From assembly GCA_035300645.1 (NCBI GenBank), contig DATGVF010000027.1, positions 1-49,885 of the forward strand: a stretch of DNA of 49,885 bases. Reading direction: 5' to 3'. The position numbers and the translations under genes are program-made. The number at the start of each line of letters is the position of its first letter. The stretch's first letter is position 1. Shown here piece after piece: positions 1-9,290 of this stretch. Under the pieces are notes generated by a model. It was not told the origin of the DNA. It worked only from the letters and a program-made list of their open reading frames with translations, and searched no databases. The DNA is from a bacterium. GTDB lineage: Bacteria; Sysuimicrobiota; Sysuimicrobiia; Sysuimicrobiales; Kaftiobacteriaceae.

Positions 1-237
1 GATCTGCCCTGCGGTGGGCGCGTGGGCCCGGATGATGCAGCGGGCCGTCGTCGTCTTCCCGCACCCGCTCTCGCCGACGAGTGCGAGCGTCTGGCCGCGC
101 TCGATAGAGAAGCTGACATCGTCAACCGCGCGCACTTGGCCGACCAGCTTCCGCAAGAACCCCTTGTGGATCGGAAAGTATTTCCGCAGGCCTCGCACCT
201 CGAGGAGGTAATCGGGGCTCGTGCCGGCTCCCATCAT
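1..237 (-). CDS. Peptide ABC transporter ATP-binding protein (OppF/DppF-like), 5' part only; continues off the left edge
   Basis: Absent from the ORF track because there is no stop in the window. Manual reverse translation from ATG at 237 gives [79 protein letters not shown], with Walker A GESGCGKT. It is in frame to position 1. The start overlaps the stop of the upstream ATPase gene by 1 nt (TGATG). Confidence 0.85.
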   Translation of the reverse strand, partial: MMGAGTSPDYLLEVRGLRKYFPIHKGFLRKLVGQVRAVDDVSFSIERGQTLALVGESGCGKTTTARCIIRAHAPTAGQI

Positions 238-1256
238 CACGGCGCTCCGTACAGGAAGCAACTCACCGCTTGGCCCTCGCTGACCGCACGCAGCTCCGGC
301 TCGTTCTGGTCGCACACCCCGGGCATGAAATCGGGGCACCGGGGGTGGAAAGGACAGCCGCGCGGCCGGTTGAACGGGTGCGGGATCGACCCGGCGATCG
401 TGGGGAGCTTGGTGCGGACTGCCGCGTGAATCGAGGGAATGGACCGCAGGAGCATCCGGGTGTACGGATGCTTCGGGGCGTGGAAGATGGCATCCACAGG
501 CCCGCGCTCCACCACCCGCCCGAGGTACATGACGACCACTTCGTCGCACATCTCCGCGACCACGCCGAGGTTGTGAGTGATGAGGACGATCGCCATCTGC
601 TCTTGGGCCTGGAGGTGGCGCAGCAGGTCCAGGATCTGCGCCTGCGTGGTCACGTCCAGGGCCGTCGTGGGCTCATCCGCGATCAAGATGCGAGGGTGGC
701 CACCGAGCGCGAGGGCGATCATGGCGCGTTGGCGGAGGCCTCCGCTCAGTTGGAAAGCGTATTCGTCTATACGCCGCTCCGGCTTGGGGATGCCTACAAG
801 TCGCAGCATCTCAATGGCCTGCTCGCGCGCCGCCGATGCGCCCAGGCCCGTGTGGAGTTGAACCGTTTCGACCATTTGGTTGCCGATCGTGTGGACCGGG
901 CTGATGGATGACATCGGCTCCTGGAACACCAGCGCGATGTCCCCTCCTCGGATCCTGCGAATCTCTGCACCGTCTGGGTCGAGGGTCGCGAGGTCGACCG
1001 TGCTGGCTTGGCCATTGTGCGCCGACCGGCGCAGGTAAATCTGGCCGCCCACGATCCGCCCCGGGCGCTCGACAATGCGCAGAATCGACTTGGCCGTGAC
1101 GGTCTTCCCGCAGCCGCTCTCTCCCACGATGCCGACCGTGCGGCCGGCGAACACCTCGAAGCTCGCGCCGTCGACCGCCTTGACGGTGCCTTCCTCGCGG
1201 AAGAAGTAGGTTCGCAGATCGCGAACGTTCAGGATGGGCTGGTCAGCGGCGGCCAT
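237..1256 (-). CDS. Peptide ABC transporter ATP-binding protein (OppD/DppD-like), 339 aa
   Basis: Track ORF 237..1730 trimmed to the internal ATG at 1256 ([14 protein letters not shown]...), because the first 158 codons overlap the upstream permease gene out of frame. Walker A GESGCGKT, signature LSGGLRQR, Walker [13 protein letters not shown], and an Opp/Dpp-type C-terminal extension ([12 protein letters not shown]). The start overlaps the permease stop by 1 nt (TGATG). Confidence 0.9.
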   Translation of the reverse strand: MAAADQPILNVRDLRTYFFREEGTVKAVDGASFEVFAGRTVGIVGESGCGKTVTAKSILRIVERPGRIVGGQIYLRRSAHNGQASTVDLATLDPDGAEIRRIRGGDIALVFQEPMSSISPVHTIGNQMVETVQLHTGLGASAAREQAIEMLRLVGIPKPERRIDEYAFQLSGGLRQRAMIALALGGHPRILIADEPTTALDVTTQAQILDLLRHLQAQEQMAIVLITHNLGVVAEMCDEVVVMYLGRVVERGPVDAIFHAPKHPYTRMLLRSIPSIHAAVRTKLPTIAGSIPHPFNRPRGCPFHPRCPDFMPGVCDQNEPELRAVSEGQAVSCFLYGAP

Positions 1257-2335
1257 CAGTGCCCGTAGGGATCCGCGGCGTCGCGCAGCCCGTCGCCTGT
1301 GAAGTTGAAGGCCAGGATGACCGTGATCACCGGGATCGCCGGGATGAGGAGCCACGGCGAGATGGCGAGGGCCTGGACGTTCTGGGCTTGTTGCAAGAGC
1401 ACACCCCAACTCACGGCGGGGGGCCGGAGGCCCAGCCCGAGAAACGACAGCGACGTCTCGCTGACGATCATTGCGGGAAGAGCGAGCGTGGTCGCGGCGA
1501 TGATGTGACTCAGAAACGAGGGCACCATGTGGCTCAGGATAATGCGCACCTGGCTGCTGCCCGCGAGCTCGGCCGCCATCACGAATTCCTCCTCCCGCAA
1601 AGACAGGAAGCGGCCTCGCACGACGCGTGCCAGCTCCGTCCAGCCAATCAGCGAGATGATGAGCGTGATGGCGAAGTAGACTTGTCCAATAGTCCAGTCG
1701 TTGGGGAGCGCCGCCGCGAGTCCCAGCCACAGCGGAATCGTGGGAATCGAGCGGAGGATCTCGATGACGCGTTGAATGGCCGTGTCCACCCCGCCGCCGT
1801 AAAACCCTGAAATGCCGCCCAGCAGGACGCCCAAGAAGAGAGCGATCGTGACACCCGCCAGGCCGATGATCAGCGATGTTCGCGTCGCGTACATGAGCCG
1901 CGACCAGAGGTCTCGTCCCTGCTCATCCGTACCCAACACAAACAGCGTGTCCTCGGTGCGTGCCCCCACGACCCCGATGAGATGCCGGTCGGTTGGGATC
2001 AGTCCGAAGAGCCGGTACGGAAAACCGTGGGCGAAGAGACGCAGCGAGATCTTCTTTGTGGGGTCGAGCGTGTAGACGCGCTTGAGGGTCAGCGGATCCC
2101 GGCGCCCGGTGAACCCGTACACATAAGGGTCGATCCGTCCGTGATCCACCCAGTGGATGCCCTGGGGCGCCAGCAAGGAGCGTTGGGCCTCCGACGCCGT
2201 CGGCGGCGCGTAGGCGAGGAAGTCCGCGAAGAGGACGACAGTATAGAAGAAGATGACCACGATGCTGCCGGCAATAGCGAGCTTGTGGCGCCGGAAACGC
2301 CACCGCATGAGCTGCCATTGGGTGGCGACGGACAC
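1256..2335 (-). CDS. Peptide ABC transporter permease (OppC/DppC-like), 359 aa
   Basis: Multi-TM ORF with a binding-protein-dependent transporter loop (AAELAGSSQVRIILSHMVPS). It sits between the OppB-like permease and the ATPase genes. Confidence 0.9.
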   Translation of the reverse strand: MSVATQWQLMRWRFRRHKLAIAGSIVVIFFYTVVLFADFLAYAPPTASEAQRSLLAPQGIHWVDHGRIDPYVYGFTGRRDPLTLKRVYTLDPTKKISLRLFAHGFPYRLFGLIPTDRHLIGVVGARTEDTLFVLGTDEQGRDLWSRLMYATRTSLIIGLAGVTIALFLGVLLGGISGFYGGGVDTAIQRVIEILRSIPTIPLWLGLAAALPNDWTIGQVYFAITLIISLIGWTELARVVRGRFLSLREEEFVMAAELAGSSQVRIILSHMVPSFLSHIIAATTLALPAMIVSETSLSFLGLGLRPPAVSWGVLLQQAQNVQALAISPWLLIPAIPVITVILAFNFTGDGLRDAADPYGH

Positions 2336-2409
2336 CCGCTCTTCGGCGACCGCAGTGGACCCGTGGCCCTCCCCCCGGGGGACCGTCTCGGCTGGGAGTC
2401 GGGACTCGA

Positions 2410-3402
2410 CTATCGCGTGCCCTCCAGGCGGATGCGCGGGTCAATCCACAGCAGCATGAGGTCTGATAAGAACGTCCCCACTACGGTCAACACGCCGAGC
2501 AGCAGCACGATCGTGCCCGCCAGGAACATATCTTGGGCGACGAGCGCCCGCAGCAGCAGAGGGCCCACGGTGGGCAGGCCCAAGACCAGGGAGACGATGA
2601 TGCTTCCCGAGACGACATAGGGGAGCAGATAACCGATGGTACTGGCAAAAGGGTTCAGAGCCACCCGCACCGGGTACTTGAGGATGACGCGCCTCTCACT
2701 GAGGCCGCGCGCGCGGGCGGTTACCACATACGGTTTGCTCAGCTCATCGAGGAGATTCGCCCGCATAATGCGGATGAGCTGGGCCGTGCCCGCGAGGGCG
2801 AGGATCAGGGTGGGCAGCGGAAGATGCTTCGCGAGATCCCAGACCTTGGCGAGACTCCACGGCGCTAGGTCGAACTCCCCGGAAAATAGGCCCCCGATGT
2901 TGGCGTTAAAGTACTTGAAACCGAGGTACAGCAGGACGAGCGCTAACATGAAACTCGGCACCGCCAGGCCGATGAATCCCACAAACGTGGCGATATAGTC
3001 CCCAAGCGAATACTGTCGGACGGCCGAGTAGATCCCGATCGGCAGGGCGAGCGCCCAGGTCAAGACGACCGCGGCGATGGCCACGACCATCGTGAGCCAC
3101 AACCGATCCCCGATCACTTCCGAGACAGGCCGCCGGTACTCGAGGGACACGCCGAATCGGCCCTGCACGACCATCCCCATCCACCGCAGGTACTGGACAT
3201 ACACGGGCTTATCGAGACCGTACTCGCGCCGGAGGACCTGCACTTCCTGTTCGGACACGAAGCCACCGGACATGGAGACACTCGCGATGTAGGAACTAAT
3301 GTAATCTCCTGGAGGGAGCCGGATGATGACGAAGGATAGCACAGAGATCGCCCCGACCGTTAACAAGGCGAGGACGACTCGGCGGCTGAGGTACGCGAGC
3401 AT
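2410..3402 (-). CDS. Peptide ABC transporter permease (OppB/DppB-like), 330 aa
   Basis: N-terminus MLAYLSRRVVLALLTV...LPPGD and loop ARARGLSERRVILKYPVRVALNP are typical of OppB/DppB-type permeases. The protein is multi-TM. Confidence 0.9.
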   Translation of the reverse strand: MLAYLSRRVVLALLTVGAISVLSFVIIRLPPGDYISSYIASVSMSGGFVSEQEVQVLRREYGLDKPVYVQYLRWMGMVVQGRFGVSLEYRRPVSEVIGDRLWLTMVVAIAAVVLTWALALPIGIYSAVRQYSLGDYIATFVGFIGLAVPSFMLALVLLYLGFKYFNANIGGLFSGEFDLAPWSLAKVWDLAKHLPLPTLILALAGTAQLIRIMRANLLDELSKPYVVTARARGLSERRVILKYPVRVALNPFASTIGYLLPYVVSGSIIVSLVLGLPTVGPLLLRALVAQDMFLAGTIVLLLGVLTVVGTFLSDLMLLWIDPRIRLEGTR

Positions 3403-3424
3403 CGTGGCTCGAATCTAACGGGGA

Positions 3425-3455
3425 GCCTCTCCGCTCCGTGGCGTGGGGGAGAGGC
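3425..3455 (-). promoter_or_regulatory. Intercistronic stem-loop between the solute-binding-protein gene and the permease genes
   Basis: 8-bp perfect GC-rich stem GCCTCTCC (3425-3432) / GGAGAGGC (3448-3455) with a 15-nt loop, in the 68-nt gap between the SBP stop (3471) and the oppB-like start (3402). No U-tract follows on the minus strand, so it is not a classic terminator. Confidence 0.35.
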
Positions 3456-3470
3456 CCGCCCGTTCCCGTC

Positions 3471-5558
3471 TTACCCCTTGAAGTAATACGTGGATGGCTG
3501 CGACGAGCCCGGGGTGCGGCAGTGTTGCGCGTTGATCTGCCGCGACGCCATGTTGCCCAGCTTCCGGCTCATCACCCGCACGCCCATCACGGCCGGGGAC
3601 TGGCCCACGGTCCCGATCGAATACACCTGGTCCACGAGGATCTTCCAGATTTCCTGAGCGATCTTGTAGCGTTCCTCCGTCTTCTTCCCGTTCGCCGACC
3701 GGAAGAGGTCGAGCGCCCGGAGCAGCTCAGGGTCCTTGGGGGCCTTCCCTGCCGTACCTTTCGAAGCGTACCAATCGGCGATGGGCTTTCCCAAGAAGGC
3801 CTCGACCGGATCAACCGGCAACGCGTGGCGCGGGAAGAGGTAGAGGACTTCAGAACCGTCGTTGGCCCAGACGGCGATCTGCTGCTCGTTGCTGCGCATG
3901 CGCGTGAAGTGCAGGCTCCGCTCAAATTCCTTCACATCGCCTTGGATGCCAATTTTCTTCCACTGTTCTTTGACCATCTCGGAGATCTGCGTGTGATTAA
4001 TGAAGGACCCCGCCGCTGTCGCGATTTCGAGCCGGAGCCGTCCCTTGCCGTCGGTGCGCAGCCTGTAGCCGTCGGCGTCTTTCTTGCTAAGCCCCACCTT
4101 GTCCAAGAGCGCATTGGCCTGGGCGAGATCCAGCGTGGCCCACTTGTTGCGCCACTCCGGCCCGGGGCTGTAGGGCAGGCTCTCGTTCGGCGCGACGGAG
4201 CCCGGGGTCCCCAGACCCAGCCAAAAGGTCTCGTTGAGTTGGTCGCGGTCGATGCCCATCGACAGGGCGCGGCGGAAGTCGGCCGTGTGGAGCCACGCTA
4301 CGATTTCAGGATCCCCGTCGTAGGCTTGGTTTGTTTGCAGGACCGCATCACACCCATTAAGCGCCGGGTCGAGTGCGAGGTTATAGCCGACCTTGTCACG
4401 ATTCTCTAAGAACACGGGGATCTTGGGCATGGCCGTGTGGCGCTCCTGGAGGTCGTACTCGCCTGCGATCGCGCGCAGGTTCAGCACCTCCAAGTTTTCC
4501 GCAAGCGTCATCACAATGCGATCCAGGTAGGGGAGCTGGTTCCCCGCCGTGTCGACTTCATAGAAGTAGGGGTTTCGCTCCAGGACCCAGGTCGGCGTGT
4601 TGATCGGCGTCACCGTCTTCCAGGGCGTCAGCATGGGCAGATCGGGGTTGAGCCGCCAATCCCAGCGATTCTTGATGTAGGCGACCCAACTGGGGAACCC
4701 CGCGGCCTTGGCCTTCCGATCGGCTTCATCCTTGCCCACATACTTGGGGTGGAATTGCTTGATGTAGTGCGCGGGGCGATAGGCGCCCATGGTGCGGTCT
4801 TCATAGCCCTGTTGCGCCATCCCCCCTCCCATGGCCGTACTTCCGGCCAAGATGTCGAGGAACAGATAGTTCGCCTCGGGGAACTCGAACCGCACGGTCG
4901 TGTCGTTGATCTTCCGGAGGACCCCGGACTTGCCATTCACCATGAAATCGGGATTCGGCACGGGCTGGATATCTGTGTTGAGATAGATGTCCTCGTACCA
5001 GAACACAAAGTCATCGGCGGTAAACGGCGCCCCGTCGGACCACTTGTGGCCCTTGCGCAAGTAGATCGTGGCCGACTTCCCATCCTCGGAGAGCAGCCAC
5101 GACTGGGCGATCGAGGGCATGACCTTCGTCCCGGTGTAGTCCCAGAAGAGAAGCTTGTCGGCGGAGACAATGCGGTTCCCGTTCTCCCCGTCGCCCGGAC
5201 CGGTGAACCCGCGCCGCCAGGTACCGCCGTATCGACCGATCTCGTGCACGGGCTTGAGGACGAGGGGTTCGGAGGGCACGCGCTGATCCACAGGGGGGAG
5301 CCTCCCCTGCCTCACCAGCTCCGCGAGAACCGGCGCTTCACTGAACATCTTGGGCCACTTCAACGGATCGCGGATGATCTGCGGGCCCTCGAGCGTGCCG
5401 ATGAGCTGCGCGCCGAGTTTCTGTGCAACGGAAATCTTCGACCCCGGCACCTGGGCCCAGGCGGGGGGAATCCATCCGGCTAGAACGAGACCTCCGGTCG
5501 CCACTGCCGCTTCGCGGAGAAACTGTCGCCGCGTGACGCGCTTACGCATCTTCCCCAT
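3471..5558 (-). CDS. ABC transporter substrate-binding protein, family 5 (peptide/nickel type), Tat-exported, 695 aa
   Basis: Track ORF 3471..5591 trimmed to ATG 5558, which is preceded by AGGAGG plus a 5-nt spacer. Twin-arginine signal RRQFLREAAVATGGLVLAGWIPPAWA with no lipobox Cys. Large extracytoplasmic protein, first gene of the ABC operon. Confidence 0.85.
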   Translation of the reverse strand: MGKMRKRVTRRQFLREAAVATGGLVLAGWIPPAWAQVPGSKISVAQKLGAQLIGTLEGPQIIRDPLKWPKMFSEAPVLAELVRQGRLPPVDQRVPSEPLVLKPVHEIGRYGGTWRRGFTGPGDGENGNRIVSADKLLFWDYTGTKVMPSIAQSWLLSEDGKSATIYLRKGHKWSDGAPFTADDFVFWYEDIYLNTDIQPVPNPDFMVNGKSGVLRKINDTTVRFEFPEANYLFLDILAGSTAMGGGMAQQGYEDRTMGAYRPAHYIKQFHPKYVGKDEADRKAKAAGFPSWVAYIKNRWDWRLNPDLPMLTPWKTVTPINTPTWVLERNPYFYEVDTAGNQLPYLDRIVMTLAENLEVLNLRAIAGEYDLQERHTAMPKIPVFLENRDKVGYNLALDPALNGCDAVLQTNQAYDGDPEIVAWLHTADFRRALSMGIDRDQLNETFWLGLGTPGSVAPNESLPYSPGPEWRNKWATLDLAQANALLDKVGLSKKDADGYRLRTDGKGRLRLEIATAAGSFINHTQISEMVKEQWKKIGIQGDVKEFERSLHFTRMRSNEQQIAVWANDGSEVLYLFPRHALPVDPVEAFLGKPIADWYASKGTAGKAPKDPELLRALDLFRSANGKKTEERYKIAQEIWKILVDQVYSIGTVGQSPAVMGVRVMSRKLGNMASRQINAQHCRTPGSSQPSTYYFKG

Positions 5559-5923
5559 AAAGACCTCCTGGATGCCTGGCGCCCCCCCCATACGTCAGGA
5601 CTGCCAAGCAAAGGATATGAGTAGTCCGCTTGTATGCCCGGCTTATTCATCCGAAGCCCCCCACCTCCCTGCTGCAGAGGATTGTGGCAAGCGGCCTGCC
5701 CGCACCCGATGAATGAGCCTCTGGGAAGTCTCAGGTAGCGAGAAAATCAGGACGCGGCGAGGGGATGGTCGTCGCCGCCATTTACGTTAAATCGGTAAGA
5801 GATCCACACACGAAAAGCACACGCCCACCACCGTGACCCCCCGACGCGGGCATGTTCGGCATTGTGATGCCGGATGGGCGCGGTAAGATATTGGTTTGGG
5901 CCTTTCAGTTGCCAGGTGAAGTC

Positions 5924-8900
5924 ATGGCTTTGCATGGGCTGTTGCCGCTCTTGCGGCAGCAGCACTCTTACAATCAAGCGCTTAATGCCCTCCGACAGCA
6001 CCGTCACCCCTGGGTGGTGGGATCTGCAGGCTCGGAGAAGGCCTACCTATTGGCCGCGTTGGCCGAGGATCTCCCCCTCCCCCGTCCGGGAGCCGTGTTG
6101 CTGATCACCCCCTCCCACGACGCTGCCGAACGCCTGTACGACGACCTGCTCACGTTTGCCCCAGAGCTAGAGGGAATCAGCTCGGTGTTCCCGCGATGGG
6201 ACCACGCACGTCTGGACGGAGAACAGCCCTTGCCTCAGATCGTGGGCGAGCGGCTCGGAATCCTGCTGCGTTTGCTCGAGGGCTCTCCGTCTTGGATCAT
6301 TGCGCCGGTGTCGGCGCTGCTGCGTACGGTGCCGACGGTCGCGGAGTTTGGTAGCCTCTCCGTCCGCCTGGCTCCACACGACCGCCGCGACCGGGACGCC
6401 GTGTTGGCGTTCTTGGCCGAGGGCGGATATACGCGCGTGGATCTTGTGGACGCCCGCGGGCAATTTGCCATTCGCGGGGGAATCCTCGACGTGTTTCCTC
6501 CGCACCTCGACACTCCGGTGCGGGTCGAGTGGTTCGGGGACGAAATCGACTCCCTGCGCGCCTTCGATCCCCAGACCCAACGCAGCACGCAGCCGGTCGA
6601 CCAGGCTCTGCTCACCCCTGCCGCTGAACGGGGCGGGCCGGCCACCGTGCTAGACTACCTCCCTGCGGGGTCTCTCTTGGTTCTCGATGAGCCTGATGAA
6701 TTGCAGCGCCAAGCCCGCGCGCTCGCCGAAGACGCGCCCCCCGGGAGCCTGCTGTCGTGGGACGAGATCACTCACCGGGCCCAGAGCACCAACCAAATCA
6801 GGCTGTCGGCGTTGCACGCCTCTGAGCGTGCGGCCACGGAGGTCGAGATCCGCTTTGCCGGGGTGGAGGCCTTCGCCGGGCAAATGACCTTGCTGGCCCG
6901 CTCCCTCGCGCAGTGGCAAACGGAAGGCCGGCGAATCATCGTCGCTACAGCGCAAGGGCAGCGGATCCAAGAAATTCTGGCCGATCATGGACTGACCGCT
7001 CTCATCCCTTCCGATGGGTCCGAGGTCCCGGAACCGGGACAGGTGGCCATCGTCTCGGCGCCGCTGTCCCGGGGATTTCGGCTGGACGATGCCGCGCTGG
7101 TCGTGGTCTCCGACAGCGAGATCGTCGGCTGGCGACGCCGCCGGCGCAAACTCCGGTTTCGGGAAGGCGTCCGCTTGTATTCGTGGACCGACCTGTCGCC
7201 CGGCGACTTCGTGGTCCATGTGCACCACGGCATCGGTCTCTATCGCGGAATGGTCCGCTTGCTGTTGCAGGGGGCAGAGCGGGATTACCTGCAGGTCGAG
7301 TACGCGCAGAGCGACCGACTGTACGTCCCGACCGATCAGATTGACTTGGTGCAGCGCTACATCGGAGTCGAAGGACAGCAGCCGAAGATTCACCGCCTGG
7401 GCGGGGCGGAATGGGAACGCGAGAAGGGACGCGTCAAAGAGGCGACACAGCAACTGGCCCGCGAGTTGCTGCAGTTATACGCGCGGCGGGAAGCGGTCCC
7501 GGGGCATGCCTTTTCCCCCGATACGCCGTGGCAGCAAGAACTCGAGGCCACGTTTGAATTCGAGGAGACGCCGGACCAGTGGCTGGCGATCCAAGACGTC
7601 AAACGCGACATGGAATCCCCCAAGCCCATGGATCGCCTCATCGCGGGGGATGTCGGCTATGGCAAAACCGAGGTGGCGCTGCGGGCGGCGTTCAAGGCGG
7701 TGATGGACGGTCACCAGGTCGCCGTCTTGGTCCCGACCACGATTCTGGCCCAGCAGCATTACAACGTTTTTCTCAAGCGTCTGGCCACGTACCCCATTAA
7801 GGTCGAGGTCCTCAGCCGGTTTCAGTCGCGCCGTGAGCAGCGCCACGTGATCGAGGGCGTCGCTGCGGGCACAGTCGATGTCGTCATCGGCACCCACCGC
7901 CTGTTGCAGAAGGACGTGCAGTTCAAGCGCCTGGGGCTGATCATCGTCGATGAAGAGCACCGGTTCGGCGTCAAACACAAAGAGCAGCTCAAACAGTTGC
8001 GCTCCCGCGTTGACGCGCTGACGCTCACCGCGACCCCGATCCCCCGCACCCTGCACATGTCCCTGGTCGGACTGCGGGACATGTCGGTGATGGAAACTCC
8101 TCCGGATGCGCGATTGCCGATCCTCACGGAGATTCGCCCGTACGAGGACGATCTCGTACGCGAGGCGATCCTGCGTGAACTCGACCGCAGCGGGCAGGTC
8201 TACGTCGTCCATAACCGCATCGAGACGATCGAACGCGCCGCCCGGCGCATTCGGAACCTGGTCCCCACGGCCGCGGTGGCCGTCGCCCACGGCCAGATGC
8301 CCGAAGAGCGTCTCGAACAGGTAATGCTCGATTTCCTGGGCGGCCGGTCTAACGTGCTGGTCTCCACCACGATCGTGGAGATCGGCTTGGACATTCCGCG
8401 CGTCAACACCATTCTGATCGAAGACGCGCATCTGTTGGGGCTCTCGCAGCTGTACCAGCTGCGAGGCCGCGTGGGTCGGTCGGACCGGCAAGCCTTTTGT
8501 TACCTCCTGTACCCGAAGGGCGCCGGTCTCACAGAAGAAGCGCACCAGCGCCTACAGGCGATGCGGGAGTTTGTGGAATTGGGATCTGGCTTCAAGCTGG
8601 CGATGCGCGATCTGGAGATTCGCGGGGCTGGCAACTTGCTCGGTCCCGAGCAGCACGGACAACTGGCGGCGGTGGGGTTTGAACTCTACAGCCGTCTGCT
8701 CGACGAAGCCATCCGCGAACTGCGCGGCCAGATCATCGACGACGCCCCAGAAGTCACGCTCGACCTCGGCGCCGATGCCTACCTGCCGGAGGCGTACGTG
8801 CCGGATGAGGGGCAGCGGATGGCCGTCTACCGGAAGATGGCCGCGGCGCGTACCGAAGAAGACGCCGATGAGGTGGCTGCCGAGGTCGCCGATCGCTACG

Positions 8901-9229
8901 GTCCCCCGCCGCCGGCCGCGTCGACTCTGCTGCAAATTGTCCGGCTGCGCACACTGGCGCGCAGAGCCGGCGTCGCGTCTGTGGCACGCGAGGGGGACCG
9001 CATCACCATCAAACCCGCGGCAAGCTGGTCGTTGACCGGGGACGAGGAGGCGACACTCCTGGGACAGTTCGGCGGGCGGCTGACCTCGAGCGGCTCCATC
9101 CTCCGCCTGCGCGCGAGCGGACCGGGCCTCACCGATGTAGACCTCCTCACCCAGGTGCTGCAGGCCCTGGCACGGCAGACGCGCCGCCGGGAACCGGTCG
9201 GCGTTGCACCGGAGGCACCCCCCAGGTAG
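5924..9229 (+). CDS. mfd: Transcription-repair coupling factor Mfd, 1101 aa
   Basis: Helicase motif I GDVGYGKTEVA, DEEH box (IVDEEHRFGV), and RecG-like translocase plus N-terminal UvrB-homology regions. Track ORF 5852..9229 trimmed to ATG 5924, preceded by AGGTGA (4-nt spacer). The start is uncertain by 24 codons. Confidence 0.95.
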   Translation: MALHGLLPLLRQQHSYNQALNALRQHRHPWVVGSAGSEKAYLLAALAEDLPLPRPGAVLLITPSHDAAERLYDDLLTFAPELEGISSVFPRWDHARLDGEQPLPQIVGERLGILLRLLEGSPSWIIAPVSALLRTVPTVAEFGSLSVRLAPHDRRDRDAVLAFLAEGGYTRVDLVDARGQFAIRGGILDVFPPHLDTPVRVEWFGDEIDSLRAFDPQTQRSTQPVDQALLTPAAERGGPATVLDYLPAGSLLVLDEPDELQRQARALAEDAPPGSLLSWDEITHRAQSTNQIRLSALHASERAATEVEIRFAGVEAFAGQMTLLARSLAQWQTEGRRIIVATAQGQRIQEILADHGLTALIPSDGSEVPEPGQVAIVSAPLSRGFRLDDAALVVVSDSEIVGWRRRRRKLRFREGVRLYSWTDLSPGDFVVHVHHGIGLYRGMVRLLLQGAERDYLQVEYAQSDRLYVPTDQIDLVQRYIGVEGQQPKIHRLGGAEWEREKGRVKEATQQLARELLQLYARREAVPGHAFSPDTPWQQELEATFEFEETPDQWLAIQDVKRDMESPKPMDRLIAGDVGYGKTEVALRAAFKAVMDGHQVAVLVPTTILAQQHYNVFLKRLATYPIKVEVLSRFQSRREQRHVIEGVAAGTVDVVIGTHRLLQKDVQFKRLGLIIVDEEHRFGVKHKEQLKQLRSRVDALTLTATPIPRTLHMSLVGLRDMSVMETPPDARLPILTEIRPYEDDLVREAILRELDRSGQVYVVHNRIETIERAARRIRNLVPTAAVAVAHGQMPEERLEQVMLDFLGGRSNVLVSTTIVEIGLDIPRVNTILIEDAHLLGLSQLYQLRGRVGRSDRQAFCYLLYPKGAGLTEEAHQRLQAMREFVELGSGFKLAMRDLEIRGAGNLLGPEQHGQLAAVGFELYSRLLDEAIRELRGQIIDDAPEVTLDLGADAYLPEAYVPDEGQRMAVYRKMAAARTEEDADEVAAEVADRYGPPPPAASTLLQIVRLRTLARRAGVASVAREGDRITIKPAASWSLTGDEEATLLGQFGGRLTSSGSILRLRASGPGLTDVDLLTQVLQALARQTRRREPVGVAPEAPPR

Positions 9230-9290
9230 GATGAAACAGCACATCGGGCGCCAAATGCGCATCGCCGGTAGTTTTTGAGAGGAGTCGCAC

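Noticed and set aside
1257-1730. 158-codon N-terminal extension of the OppD-like ATPase ORF
   Set aside because: It overlaps the OppC-like permease gene out of frame and has a nonsense-like Arg/His/Pro-rich composition. A canonical ABC ATPase N-terminus starts at ATG 1256, overlapping the permease stop.
4437-5483. 348-aa plus-strand ORF
   Set aside because: It is antisense to the family-5 SBP gene and has no recognisable domain. It is a typical high-GC shadow frame.
5582-5589. C8/G8 homopolymer just upstream of the peptide SBP gene, as a possible phase-variation tract
   Set aside because: With the SD-supported start at 5558 the tract lies in the 5' UTR or promoter region rather than in codons. 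It is a single 8-mer, and no other contingency-locus features are present. It is worth noting only if population data show length variation.
5645-5714. Inverted ATTCATC ... GATGAAT half-sites reminiscent of Bacillus FadR-box half-sites, in the mfd/SBP intergenic region
   Set aside because: The halves are about 57 nt apart rather than adjacent, they are only 7 nt long, and the location is not next to any fad gene. This is probably chance.
7475-8545. 356-aa minus-strand ORF
   Set aside because: It is antisense to the helicase core of mfd and is a shadow frame.
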